A stretch of 64,000 nt of DNA from Eledone cirrhosa (GCA_964016885.1 OZ024742.1:32302001-32366000); one strand, 5' to 3'; counted from the first letter of the stretch, positions 24,700 to 38,690 are shown. Translations and numbers: made by a program. Notes: generated by a model not told the origin, from the sequence alone.

Positions 24700-27600
24700 T
24701 GAGAGATAATCTGCTGAGGGCCACAAATGACATTTGTGGCTGGAGCAAGGCCCCATGGAGGAGGGGAATGGCTTGGTGGTGGAACAGTAAGGTGGATGAG
24801 ACAATTAAGGACAAGAGACAAGCATGGAAAGAATGACAGAATCGGGAAAGCAGATAACTTTATCAAGAAGCTAGAAAACGAGTATACTTTGCAAGGAGAA
24901 AATTAAGCACGTTTTGCAACACGAGGACCAAAGACGGGAGATGTTCAGGGTTGTGAGGCAGTGTAACAAGGAAAATTGTGATGTTGTTGGGGAGAAGTGT
25001 ATCCAAGATGATAATGGCACACTTGCCCTCACTGACACTGAAAATAAAGTAGCTTGGAAGTGATATTATGGAAGATTATTGAACGAGGAGAATGCATGGA
25101 AGAAAGAAAGTGTCTCAACTGGACCCTACAGTGGGACTAGCCATACAAGTCAGCAGCAGTGTAGTAAGACAATTAAGGATATGAAGACAGGCAAAGCAGT
25201 TGGACATCAGGGATAGTTGCTGAAAGCATCTGGGATGGTGGGTCATACCTTAACCACCTGTACCATAAACCAAGTAATATAGAATAGTGTCATACCTAGT
25301 GACTGGTGTAGCAACAGCATCACCAACTGCTACAAGGGCAAAGGTGATGCAGAAGACATCAGAAATTATAGAGGGATCAAGTTGACAGACAAGGTCATAA
25401 AAGTTAGAGAAAAAGTTATTACAGAGCTGATTAGGGACTAAATTAACCTAGATGAGATCATCATCATCATCACCGTTTTACGTCCGTTCTTCCACGCTAG
25501 CATGGGTTAGACGGGTTGTCCTGTTGTGTGCAGTGTCTGGTCGGCTGACCATGCCTTGCTCATACAGGAACTGATCTGGCTTGATTTCTACAGCTGGATG
25601 CCCTTCCTAACACCAACCTCATTTACAGTGAGTGCTGGGTGCTTTTTCGTGGTGCCTACACGTCCACTTTACAGTGTGGGCTGGGTACTTTTTTGCCGTG
25701 GCACCTCCACGACCACCTTGCGGTGGGGGGGGTATGGGGGCATATTGTTTATATGCTTCAGCATGTACCCATGGGAGGTCGGGTACTCTGTATTACTGCG
25801 TGACGCCAGAAGTCACGGTCGTGTGTCATTGTCTTTGAGAGGTGTAGTTGGGTAAGGTCGGCTTTTATCACCTCATCCCAGGTCATCTTGGGTCTCCCCA
25901 CTCCGCGGTTTCCATCAACTTCTAGTGCTCTGCACCTTTTTATGCAGCTGTCATCCTTCATACGCATCACATGTCCATACCAGCGCAACCGCCTCTCCTG
26001 CACACAGCATTTGATTCCTCTTATGCTCAGTCTCTCTCTCAATTCATTTATGCTTTGTCGTTCACGTATATTACTGTTACACATCCATCGGAGCATGCAG
26101 GCTTCGTTTCTCTCTAATCTACGTAAGTCTTCCACCTTCAGCGCCCAGGTCTCACTACCATGCAACATCGCTGTTCGGATACACGCATCATACAGTCTGC
26201 CTTTCATTCTGAGGGAGAAGCCTTTTGCAGCTAGCAGTGGTAGTAGTTCCCTAAACTTCTTCCATCCCGTTCTTACCCTAATTATTGTACTTTCTGAACA
26301 CCCACCTCCGTTGCTAATTCGGTCACCTAGGTAGCAGAAGCTGTCTACTGTTTCTACAGGGCCCTCCCAGAGATTGGTGGTACTTGTTTCCTGTGGCTGT
26401 TTGCTGCTTGCTGTTTCAGCACAGCTGCTGCATGTGAATCCTACATTCTTAATTAAGCTTCCTGAGATCCCGCTACATCTCTTGTGTACCCATTGTTTGC
26501 ATTTGGGGCAGAGGATGGAGTTCCTACCTACACCTTTCCTACATACTGAGCAAGGCCATTTCCCTGAGGGGATCTGGGTTCTGTTTTCTCGTCTACTTAC
26601 AAGGACCTTAGTCTTTGTCATGTTGACTTTGAGACCCTTTCTTTCTAGTCCCTGCTTCCAGGTTTGGAATTTATTCTCTAGTTCTACCATAGATTCAGCT
26701 ATGAGTGCGAGGTCATCAGCATACAGGAGTTCCCATGGGCATCCGGTCTTAAACTTCTCCGTTATTGCCTGCAGGACTATGATGAACAGGAGAGGGCTAA
26801 GAACAGAGCCCTGGTGGACCCCAACCTGTACGCTAAATTCCTCGCTATACTCATTGCTAATCCTAACTTTGCTGACTGCTCCCCTATACATGGCTTGTAC
26901 CGCTTTCACAAGCCATTCATCTACTCCTAGTTTTCTAAGAGCCCACCAGATTACCGCACGTGGAACTCTGTCAAAGGCTTTCTCAAGGTCGACAAATGCC
27001 AAGTAGAGTGGCTTACTTTTAGCTAGGTACTTTTCCTGTAATTGCCTCACAAGGAAGAGGGCATCAGTGGTGCCTCTTCCTGGTACAAACCCAAATTGCA
27101 TCTCGTCTATATTCACCCGGTCCCTAATCAGCTGTGCTATAACTCTTTCTGTTACTTTCATGACCTGGTCCATCAACTTTATACCTCTATAGTTTCCTCT
27201 ATCTAGTGCATCGCCTTTACCTTTGTAGCAGTTGACAATGATGCTACTGCACCAATCTTTTGGTATGGCCCCTTCTAGTATTACCTGGTTAACGATACGT
27301 GTGGTTATAGTGTGACCTACAGACCCAGATGCCTTCAGCATCTCGGCAGCTATACCCGATGGACCGGTTGCCTTCCCCATCTTCATATCTTTGATTGCCT
27401 TACTTACTACGCTGCTGCTGACTTGTACTGCTGGTCCCTCTATAGGGTCTACTTGGGGAAGGGTCTCTTCTTCCCATGCATTCTCCTCATTTAGTAATCT
27501 ATCATAATGACTCTTCCATGCATCTTTCTTCTCAGCACTTGTGAGGGCAAGCTCACCTTTATCATTCCGGATACACTTCTCTCCAATGACATCACAACTC

Positions 27601-28745
27601 TCTCTGACACACTGCCTTGCAATCTTGAACACCTCCTGTTTCTGGTCCTCGCGTTGCAAAACATGCTTGAATTTTCTATCCTCTGCTTCCCTCCTAGCTA
27701 AGTATACTTGTAGCCTAGCTTCCCTCTTGGTCTCTATGTAATGAACCCTGCTCCCCCGTTCTTCCATTCTTTCCATGCCTGTCTCTTGGCCTTAACTGCT
27801 TCATCTATCTTATTGTTCCACCACCAAGTCACTCTCCTCCTGCTTGAGGTCTTACTCCAGCCACAGACCTCATCCGTCGCCTCTAGTAAATTATTTTTTA
27901 GGAACTCCCAGTTCTCTTCTACATTAAATGTCTATCTGTTCTTCTTTACTGTCGTAGGCGTTGAGTAAAATATCTTTAAATCTGTTACTGGTTGAGGGGA
28001 CTTTGTAGTTTGGATTTGTAGCATGTAAAAGTAACACTGATACCCTCTTCCTTGTGAGGCAATTGAAATTGTGCATAGACCCTCTACTTGACATTTGTTT
28101 ACCTAGAGAAAGTATTTGACTGAGTCCCCTGTTCCATAATCTGGTGGTCTCTTAGAAAACTAGGGTGGTACAAGTCATGTACAGAGAAGCATTCAGCAAG
28201 ATTAAAATTAATAATGCTTATAGTGAAGAATTTAGCATGCAAGTTGGGGTCCATCAGGAATCTGTTCTTAGCCCTCTCCTGTTTTTTTATCAGCCTGCAA
28301 GCTATAACGGAAGAGTTTAAGACTGGTTGCCCATGGGAACACTTATATGCCAATGATCTAACCATTATTAAAGAAGAAATTCCAGACCTGGAAGCAAAAG
28401 GTCTAAAAGTCAACTTGGCAAAAACTAAAGTAGAAAGAAAAACAGGGCTCTGATCCCTTCAGGGAAATGGCCTTGCTCAGTGTGCAGCAACGGAGTGGTT
28501 AGAAATTCCATCCTATCTTCCAAATGCAAACTACAAGTACACAAGATTTGCAGTGGGATCTCAAGCAGGCTAACAAAGAACATAGGTTTCATATGTAGTC
28601 AATGCACAGAAGCAGTAAACAGCAAGAAGCTTGGGATGAAGTGATAAAAGCTGACCTTGCACACTTAAAATCTCAAAGGAGCTGACACAAGATCAAGATC
28701 TCTGGTGTCATGCTGTACTGCAAAAGACCCTACCCCCGTGTGCAC
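24700..28745 (+). mobile_element. Older degenerate RTE LINE split by the young minus-strand copy (24700-25458 and 28005-28745)
   Basis: The two halves rejoin as ..CTAGATGAGAT|GTAGTTTGGATTTGTA.. (LDEM.FGFV), collinear with the plus-strand RTE. Confidence 0.85.
25459..28004 (-). mobile_element. Young 5'-truncated RTE LINE with intact RT ORF (25758-27776)
   Basis: 672-codon open frame nearly identical to the 20150 copy; (CAT)n tail at 25459-25471. Confidence 0.95.
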
Positions 28746-29838
28746 AAAATGAAATGAAACAAACATGTAGAGGATACTAGTCTGCACCAATTTTCTTGCT
28801 ACCCATCCCCAGTCCACTCTTTCTAGTCTTAATACCCCACCACAACCAGTTAAATATCCCACTCACCTTGTCCAACTTCCATACTAGTTCACCTCCCCAA
28901 CCCTCACCTCCCTTACCCCTAATACACCTCTTTTGTCCAACCCATACATACAAGTATGGAAAGCTGGATATGCTCCATATTTGTTCTCCCATTATGCTGC
29001 TGCCACAGCAAAAGCACCCAGTCCATCTTGTAAGGTGGTTGTGCTGGTGACACCAAAGGTTCCTAGTCCACCCTGTATAGTGATTGTGTTAGTGACACAA
29101 GAGAAAAGAATGCACCCAGACCACCCTATAAGGTGGTCATGTTAGTGACACGACAAAAAGCACTCAATCATTCTGTAAAGTGGTCATGCTGGTGACAACA
29201 AAAAACACCCAGTCTGCTGGTGACAACAAAAAGCAATGAATCTACCCTATTAGGTGCTCGTGCTGTTGACAACAAAAAAGCACGAAGTCCACACTGTAAT
29301 ATGGTTGACATTAGGAAGGGCATCCAACTGTAGAAACCAAGCCAAAATACAGATCTAATGAGCAAAGCATCGTCATCTGGCCTGTCTTGTTTCATAATGT
29401 AACAACTCGTCTAATCCATGCAAGCGTGGAAAAATGGACATTAAACGATGACACCAACAAAGCTCATGGATGTTATCCAACCATCTTGCTTGGGATCTAC
29501 ACCTGGCTCTCCTGCCGGTTGGTTTTACCCGTAAAATCTGTCCAGCGATTCTTTCCTGAGACATTCTAACCACATGCACATAGTATCGGAGCTGTGGTCT
29601 TTCAATTCAGAGGAGAAGCCACTCTACCCTGAGTGAATTCTCTGATCCCCAAGCTACGTACTCTATCGAGTAACATTACTCCAAAGACCCTTTCAAGGAA
29701 CCCCATTTCAGTCATTACCCAAAATTCCTGACCAAAAAGAAGTAATGGGATTGATGTGATTTAAAGCAATGCCATAGTCTAATGAGGCCTCATGCAGTCT
29801 AATGACCAAAACCAGTAAAAGAATAAAAGAATACTCAC

Positions 29839-29881
29839 CAAAATACTTGGGAACAAGCATCACATTTCATTGGCAAAAAAT
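29839..29881 (-). CDS. ZFAND2B: ZFAND2 coding exon 2 (43 bp)
   Basis: tttccag|AT FLPMKCDACSQVF TG|gtgagt; completes LDFLP.KCDAC..FC of the first AN1 finger. Confidence 0.95.
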
Positions 29882-30649
29882 CTGGAAATATAAGATTTAA
29901 AAATATAAATAAATTAGTTATAACTTGGAAGTTTTGGCAGTTGTAATACACTCACAAACTGAGATCATTCTATCCTTATTATTATTGGTAAAATAAAGTC
30001 TGTTCTCTATTCATATGTATTGAGTGTTCACTAAATGTTTTGACTGGTTATGTACTCTCTCTCTCCTCTATTATCTTCATCGTTTAATGTCTATCTTCCA
30101 TGCTAGCATGGGTTAGACAGGTTTGTGCTACTTGAGGCAAGTTGGGTTGGGTGATTGTGTCACACTCGTATAGGACTGTTTCTGGCTGGTTTTCTACAGC
30201 TGAATGCCCTTCCTAGCGCCAACCACATTTACAGTTTTTTAACATGTCTCCTACACGACCACTTTACAGTGTGGACTGGGTACTTTTTATTGCGACACCT
30301 ACACGACCACTTTAGTGTGGTCTGGATGTTCTGTGATACCAACATAACTTTACAGAGAAAGGGTGGTGTGGGTGGATAGTGTAGGGTGTGTGGGGCGGGG
30401 TGTACATTGGGTTAAGAGTTGCCTACTGACTGTCGGTTTAAGTTCATACATAAGAGAAGGTGAGTCTTCTATCATCATTTCATCATCATTTCATTTTACG
30501 TCCGCTTTTTCCCTGCTTCCAAGGGTGGGACGGTAACTGATTCTGGCTTGATTTCTACAGCTGGATGCCCTTCCTAACACCAACCTCATTTACAGTGAGT
30601 GCTGGGTGCTTTTTTGCCGTGGAATGATATGGACCTCAGTCCCTATCAT

Positions 30650-30792
30650 CTCATTTCTACAGCTGAGTAAACTGGAGCAATGTGAAATAAAGTGTCTTGC
30701 TCAAGGAAACAACACATCACCCGGTCTGAGAATTGAACTCACAACCTTTTGATTGCAAGGTCAATGCTCTAACCACTAAGCCATGTGCCTCC
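30650..30792 (-). mobile_element. Second tRNA-derived SINE family (representative copy)
   Basis: Minus strand TGGCTTAGTGG A-box, GTTCAATTC B-box, then CCTTGAGCAAGACACTTTATTTCACA; relatives at ~35925-36110 (+), ~37280-37450 (+), 17400-17510 (-), 61900-62005 (-). Confidence 0.7.
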
Positions 30793-31064
30793 ATATATAT
30801 ATAGTAGGAAAAGAATCTTAACATTTCAGGGGTTAGGGTTAGGAGAGAGAGAATAAAGAAGAAATAGGATAGATAAGAGTAAGAAAAGAAAGAAAATGAC
30901 AATTTTTTTTTTTGTGTTTTTTGCAGGAAGAAAGCACATGCATTTAGTCAGCCATATTTATATTGATATACTTTGGGAGAATCGCGCGCGCGCGCGTATA
31001 TACACACACACACATACACGCTCACAATTTTATATATATATATATATATATATATCACCGTTTA

Positions 31065-31715
31065 AAATTCATTTTTCCTTGCTAGCATGGGTTTGAGTTG
31101 TCCTGTTGTGAGCAATGCCAAGTCAGGTGACAATCCCATGCTCATACAAAACTGATTTTAGCTTGGTTTCTACAGTTGGATGCCTTTCCTAATGCCAGCT
31201 TCATTTACAGTGTGGGCTGGGTGCTTTTTGTCGTGTCACCATCACAACCACTTTACAGTGTGGGCTGGGTGTCTTTTGCTGTGTCACCATCACGACCACT
31301 TTACAGTGTGGGCTGGGTGCTTTATGCCGTGTCACCATCAGGACCACTTTACAGTGTGGGCTGGGTGCTTTATGCCGTGTCACCATCACAACCACTTTAC
31401 AGTGTGGGCTGGGTGCCTTTTGCTGTGTCACCATCACGACCACTTTACAGTGTGGGCTGGGTGCCTTTTGCAAAGTCGCCATCACGACCACTTTACAGTG
31501 TGGGCTGGGTGCCTTTTGCAATGTCGCCATCACGACCATTTTACAGTGTTGGCTGGGTGCCTTTACAGTGTGGGCTGGGTGCCTTTTGCAATGTCGCCAT
31601 CACGACCACTTTACAGTGTGGGCTGGAGACTTCCCTAGATGCATGCTTCAGCCTGTCCTCATGGGAGATGTATGGGAGGGTGAGGTGGTGTATACAATAT
31701 ATATGCTTCAGCTAA
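31065..31715 (-). repeat. RTE 3' UTR relic with a 48-bp minisatellite (~9 copies, 31203-31625)
   Basis: Unit CACTTTACAGTGTGGGCTGGGTGCCTTTTGCTGTGTCACCATCACGAC; both flanks match the RTE 3' UTR at 25470-25780. Confidence 0.88.
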
Positions 31716-33279
31716 TGAAAGAAGAACTATAATTGAGAAAAAATTGGCATGAACTGTAATATAATATATTTTAATTACTCTAGCAAGTCCAGGAGATAAC
31801 TTTGGATAGTTTCAGTCTTATTATAAGATCATCAATGAAGCATAAACTGTGGAAGTTTGTATGTCAACCAACGTTACTGACAAGTCTGAATAAAGGAAGG
31901 GATGATCATATCTAGAACACATTTGCTCATAGGTCTGCTCAGTGATCGTTTACCTAGGGTTAAATAAACAAACAAACCACCACCTCACCAGTGTTGGATC
32001 AAGAAATGTAATGGATGCTGTCCCCTTATCACCTTGAACTGAAATAGCATGTGAGCGGGCGCGGGCGCGCACGTGCACACACACACACACACACACGTGT
32101 GCGTTTATTGTAGTGAGAGAGAGAGAGTTGAGGATGGAACGAGAGAGAGACAAACAGACAAACAACTAAATATAGTGGTAGATAGAAAAATGGAACAGAC
32201 ACAGTAGAAGGCAGTGTCAATATTTTGTTGTAGCCTTAAGATCAAGAAGACAATCAAGACAATCGCGTTATGACCACCCCGCCTACTGTCACAGAATAAA
32301 GGGAAAAAAACGGAAGGGTTGATTATGAATGGAACACCTTTGATCATAACTGTTCAATCAAGACTGATCTAGGGCTAAACAATATTTTATTCATAGTCTA
32401 TATAGGACGACATTATCAGATGACTTTTTTTTCTTTTTTTCAATAAGACATATGATCTGAGGGAGATTTGGATGCTATTTCTAATAGGTCGAGCGACAAC
32501 ATATGGGGGCTATCTGGTTGGCTCATATGTATATGTGCAGATAACACATGAGTATAGGTTTTCAGTATGTACGTATGTGCATATATATATATATATGTAC
32601 AAGCAGTATATACGTATGTGCATATATATGTACAAGCAGTATGTATGTACGTACTCAAGTATGTATGTACACAGTCTATAAGCAATATGAAAGCATGTAC
32701 GTGCGAACATTTGTATGTATACGTACATGTAATATGTATTTCTGATGTGCAAATTACGTGTATTGTATGTATGCATGTATATATGTATAGAGGGGGGGGG
32801 GGGGTGCGCGCGCGCGCACTTTACATAGTAGTCTTTCCTCTTTGCTAAGAACCCAAGTCTCTCTCCTCATACATATGTATGCCTATTGAATGTATGTATA
32901 TGCACGAGTGAAAGTACTAGTGTGAGTGCGTGTCTGTCTGCACGGCTGTGGATCTCGTTGAGTGAATGTGTGTGTGTATGTACCCCACGCGCATCAGTGT
33001 GTGTATGGGCATGTGAGTATGTGTTTGTGTGTGTCTATACGAGTATCAGTATGTGTGTGTATACGTGAGTGTCATTGCGCGTGTTTGTGAGTTTGCATTA
33101 GTATCAATATATGTGTCTATGTCTACAAGAGTGTGTGTGCGTGCGTCTGTCTTAATGTGTGCGCGTGCACGAGTGTAAGCGTACAAATGAACGTATGTGC
33201 ATAGTTTCCTGCACGAGTGTGTCTGAACGATTCTAAGTACGCGTTTATGTATATGTGTGTGTATGTGTGTGTATGTGTG

Positions 33280-33318
<39 letters not shown>

Positions 33319-33953
33319 GTGTGTATGTGTTCGTATGACTACACGTATGTTTTTAAACAGATTTTCGCGACATTTCCTTACCAAGGACCCACAATCATTG
33401 CTGCCATTGTCGTACTAGTAATAGTAGTAGTAGTAGTCACCTCGGATAAGTACTGCTGTTAATAAAATGCCACCACCACCACCAATCAGAGTAGCAGAAT
33501 CAGCTGGGAAATACTTCGTGTGTGTATGTGTAAGAGAGACAGACAGAGGGTGATAGAGGAGAGTTTGAATCAGAGAGAGAGAGGGAGAGTAGCAGAGAAA
33601 ACGGACGTTAAATGATGATAGATATGCAGATAGAAGGATAGATACATAGATGGAAAGATAAATAGAGAGATAGATGGACGGATGGATAGAGAGTTGAAGG
33701 CAAGGAAAAGGAAATAAAGTCGGTCGGTGTTGTAATTAATAATATATGTATGTGAATGGCCGTAAAAACAACGAGAGAGCCTCTAGGTGGTCGCTCGACA
33801 TGCTCAAAATGGCAACCAAACCTCTCAAATCATTTCGACAACAAATTCCTTGCTGTCAAAATGGCATGAGCTCAGCCGCAGGGCTCTGACTTCCTACTAT
33901 CCTAAGTATCGAGTACTCTGCTGATACTAGTTTAAACTGGTATAATCCTGATA

Positions 33954-34007
<54 letters not shown>

Positions 34008-34339
34008 TGAGAGAGAGAGAGAGAGAGAAGGGGCTGATGGATAGATCGAAATAGATTGGTAAACAGGTATAGGGAGAGATGGACCAATAGACAGACAAAC
34101 ATACAGACTGATAGACAGACATAGTGACAGATAAACAGATAGGTAGATAAACAAAAATAGATTGGTAGACATAGTATGGGATCGATGAACAGCGTCTTGT
34201 TGCCATGAAGTCTCTATATGAATGCCCTAGTATTTGTGTTTGGATAAATGGTGCGAAGTACAAATCATTGAATGTGGGTGTCAGACTGTGCCAAGGGTGC
34301 GTACTACCAACTCTCCTGTTCATTATCTTAATAGACAGT

Positions 34340-34523
34340 GGGCGTGGATTGGCAGTATCAGTAGAGGGTCGGACGCCATGCTTTCCAGCATAGTTACGTC
34401 CCTTTACGATCTGAGTTCAAATCCCGCCGAGGTTGACTTTGCCTTTCATCCTTACGGGGTCGATAAAACAAAGTACCAGTAATACACTGGGTAATTGCTG
34501 GCCTTGTGCCTAAAGTAGAAACA
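34340..34523 (+). mobile_element. tRNA-derived SINE with 18-bp TSD, nested in an old RTE fragment (34170-35330)
   Basis: ATTATCTTAATAGACAGT at 34322-34339 and 34524-34541. Confidence 0.9.
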
Positions 34524-36809
34524 ATTATCTTAATAGACAGTATTGGCATGTGTAACCAGGTTGGAAATGGTATCGAGACTGGCAGGTGTAGGATCAGTCA
34601 GCTGGAATTAGCAGACGACATGGTACTACTTAAGAGTCAGAAGGTGATCTCCAATAAGCACTTCATTGGTTTCTTGCTGGATGCTGGATGGCTGGAATGA
34701 AAATCACTGCTACGAAGACGTACTCTCATCCTCTCAAAGAAGCCTGCACAGTGCACTCAACGTGTGAGTGGAGTTCCACTGAATTTCAAGATGTCCCGAG
34801 GCCATGTTCATGAGTGATGGAAGGCAGAGGCTGAATTAAGTGCAAGAATTGCTTGAGCGGGTGCAGTAATGTGCCAGCTTCAGCATTCAGTCATCAGAAG
34901 GGAGGCAAGTGTATAAGCCTAACTCGCAATCATCAATTCGGAATTCATGCCAATCCTTACCTATGGTCATGACTGAAAAAATACGATTGTGAATGCAAGC
35001 AGTTGAAATGGGGTTCCTCTGAAGGGTCTTTGGAGTAACATTACTTGATAGAGTACATAGCTGGAAGATTAGAGAGTCACTCCATCTAAGCTACTACTTC
35101 TCCAAATTAAGAGATCACCGCTTCAATACTACTGGCATGTGATTAGAATGTCCCAGGAAAGAATCGCTGGACAGATTTTACAAAACCATCCAGAAGACCT
35201 AGGGGTAGACCCTGAGCAAGATGGTTAGATAACATCCATGAGCATTGCTGGTCTCACTTGGGATTCAGCTGGATCAATTGGAGATGATTGCTTCCGACAG
35301 AACCCACTAGAAGTAGTACTTGTAGACTCTCCCCCACCCCAGTAATAAGTAGGCAAAGAAGGAGACTGATAAACAGAGTCAGACACTGAGACAGATAGAA
35401 ACAGGCAGGTAGAAATATAACAATAGCTAAAGATAGGAATATGAAGAGAGACAAATGGTTAAATGACTGCACCCTCGTTTTTGTGTCTGTTTTTCATGCT
35501 GGCATAGGTTGGACAATGATCTAAGTTCCCATGTAATTCCTGGCAGAAGCATCACCACTTTTCTGGTGACAGGTACTTCATTGACCCCCAAAAGGATGCG
35601 AGACAAATTTGAACTTGGCAGGATTTGAACTCAGAGCAAGGAGAGTTGGAACAAACACCAAGACATTCGAGCCAATTTGCCATCTAAACATCTCTTTTAC
35701 TGGTTTCAATCATTTTAGTTGACCCCAGTACTTATTTCTTTTTAAGTGTGGTTTCAGGCAGTTTAATATCAAAAGGGTTGATAGTTGTTGGGGGTGGGCT
35801 AAAGTGTCTTTAAATCCTGAAGATAAGAAGCACCTGTTCTATGTGGTGCAATCTTTGCAACGTTTTTTTTATGGGCATTTACCAAGAGAGATCTGCAGGG
35901 TTCTAAGATGAGTGCTTGATGTGAAGGCTTACAGCCTAGAGGTTAAGGTATTGGGCTTACAATTGTAAGGTCACGAGTTGGATTCCTGGACCTGACAGTG
36001 GTTTGTGTCCTTGAGCAAGACATTTTATTTCACATTTAGCTGGAAAAATGAGTACCACCAGCAGCAGAGGCTTAACCCTGATATGGACTGGCTTCCAGTT
36101 CAGGGGGTCGTCATTTGCCAAACTGTATCAGCCATTGCCAGATACAACATCAGTGGTGTGGCGAAGAATAACTGGTATGCATGGGTGATTGCTGGTCTTC
36201 CACAAAACACCTTACCTAGGCTTGTGCCTTGGAGAAGAATTTTCCAGGTGTAAACCCATAGCCAGTAAAAGAGGCAAGGCTGACAAGACCCTGTTGGAAG
36301 TTATTTTTGCAGTTTCTGTTCAGGGTTTCAGTGTAAATTTGTCATTAGGTGACTAGGTTGCATGTGGATGATGCTTTGGTCATGTATGTATAAACCCATA
36401 ACACCCGATGGAACCATAGGGCATTTTTTAAACACGGAGACCATCCTTCCTCCAGGTCTGAGAGAGAGAGCGGGGGGGGGGGGTCAATCCCTGTACTGGA
36501 CTAGTACTTTTATTGACCTTGGAAAGATGAAAGGCAGTGAACTGTGGCAGAGTTTGAACTCAGCACAGAGCAGTGAAACAAATACAGTGAAGCATTCTGT
36601 TTAATGTTCTAACACTGTTTGCTTTGATCATAGGTCTGCTCAATTACAGTTGACCTGGAATTAAACAATAACAACATATTATCAAGTAAGACTATGTGGT
36701 TCATTTACCTGCTAGAAATAGCATCCAAACCTAATCACAACATGTCCTTTTAAAAAAGAAAAGATGTATTGAGTAATGAGACACTATATTTGAAAAGGAC
36801 ACAGGTTCT

Positions 36810-38060
36810 AGCTGTCTGCTGCAAGTTGAAAATACTTTATTTAGGCGAATATGATGCATAGAGTGCTAGATATCTAAGTGCTGGCTCTGTAAAGTGTAAT
36901 GCCAGCTGCAAAAGAATAAGTGTTGTTGGAGGTGCTACCAAGTAGGTTGCACCTCCAACAAGAAGGAGTGCAGGGAATAAAACTGAACCTTGGGTAACAA
37001 GAGGAGTGAGGTGGGGGAAGAACTATTATAGTAATGATGCAATTTGATAGGAAAGTTCTGAGATCAAAGGGAGATTGACGTAATTTTGAGCTCAGTCCTC
37101 ACCACTTCTGGTCTTCCTCTTCAGCACCCTCCTTCCACTTCCTCTGATACTTTCATGTAATAATTATTCATTGTGCACATCACATGTCACACCTGCTCTA
37201 TCTTGCACACTGAGGTCAACACTTCAAATGCTGAACTTTCCTTTTAGCACACGTGTGCTCTATTGTTCATGATGAACAAATGAGGCCAAGTGCTCAGGCT
37301 TTTGGATTCATGATCATAACATCAAGAGTTCAATTCACAGACCAAGTGACAAATTGTGTTCTTGAGGGAGTTGGAAAGTTGCTTCATTTCACATTGCTCC
37401 AGCCCACTCAGTTGCTGAAGACCCCTGCAACAGACCGATATCTAGTTTAGCGAAGGAGAGTCTTTTCATGATAGGACTGGGGTCCCTATCGTTAAAACAC
37501 CAAAGATGCAACCACATAGGAGGCCATCTAAACAGACATCTGTGTGAGCTGTAACAACATCCAGTGGAGCATGCACACTCATTACTATGCAATATTGTAC
37601 TTCATACATAAGCATCATATAGTTTTTTGGCTTTTGTTTTTAATTGGTGTAATGCAAGTTCCAGTGGCTTCACAAGCTCTCTGGGACTAAAGAGATTGAT
37701 GCCTTTATGAGTAAAGAAGGAGTTCCAGAGTACCAATTTTATGGAAAGACTGGGCATTAGTGTTAGTGTGAGGCATGAAGATAGATACAATGTGATGATT
37801 GAAGAGACAAGTGAGCTGGCAGTGCTTGAGTAGAAGTGCTATGAGACCCAGTAAGCTCTGAGGAGCAGAGATCATTATAGTAACAGTATTTGAGGTAGAG
37901 GGAGGAGACAGCATATCTGTGGGCCAGAAACTGGAGTGTCAGAGAGTGACTATAGACTGATTAACAGAGTGGGTTTTTTTCTGGATATGAGCAACAGCAG
38001 TATTCCACTGTGGGTCTAAGATAACAGTGTGAGTACTGGCATGACCCCAGTCTGCCCTTC
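36810..38060 (-). mobile_element. Very old LINE (CR1/L2/Jockey-like) RT fragments
   Basis: PQGSVLFPALLL near 36960-36995 and ..SF..LVLWNS near 37715-37780; heavily decayed. Confidence 0.4.
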
Positions 38061-38690
38061 ATTTGTTTTAAGAATTATGCTGCCTATAGAAGTAGATAAT
38101 AGCTCCTGGAACTTTTTCCACCCAATATGGTTTCACTTATGCCTTCCCAATACACACTACTGCCAAATAGTTTTCTGAAACTGTCTAACTTGACAGATAG
38201 ACAAATACCGAAACAGCTCTTGATAACATAAGAGATAGATAGATCGATACATGGATAAGAAGACATCTAGATGGAAATAGGAACAGAAATAAACAGCTAG
38301 AAATATAGACCAACCAGCTAGATCGGTGAACAGAGAGATAATTGCACAAGTTATAGAAATAGAGCAGAATAGACATCTGCATATATATATATATATAGTT
38401 AGATGGAAAGCTAGAGAGATAAACACAGAGATATACAGAACTAGATGGACAGGTAGACAGACATCTAAATGAACATGTCGAGTTAGATAGCAAAATAAAC
38501 AAGTTCAGAGAGATAGCTAGATGGACATGTAGAGAGACATAAATAGCTAGAGAGAAAGAAAGAGGTAGAAAGATACAGAGACACAGCTAGATGGACATGA
38601 GAGGTGTAGCTAGATGGAGAGAAATGGACAGGCAAAGAGAGAGACAAGTAGAGAGATAGACAGCTAGGTGGACAGGTAGAGAGAGAGATA

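Noticed and set aside
32440-34170. Many short ORFs rich in Y/I/C/V/H/T
   Set aside because: Translations of (TA)n, (TG)n, TATG and AGAT microsatellite-like sequence.
34340-34430. tRNA gene calls at SINE heads
   Set aside because: A/B boxes are present, but there is no clean cloverleaf; the heads continue into SINE body and tail with TSDs.
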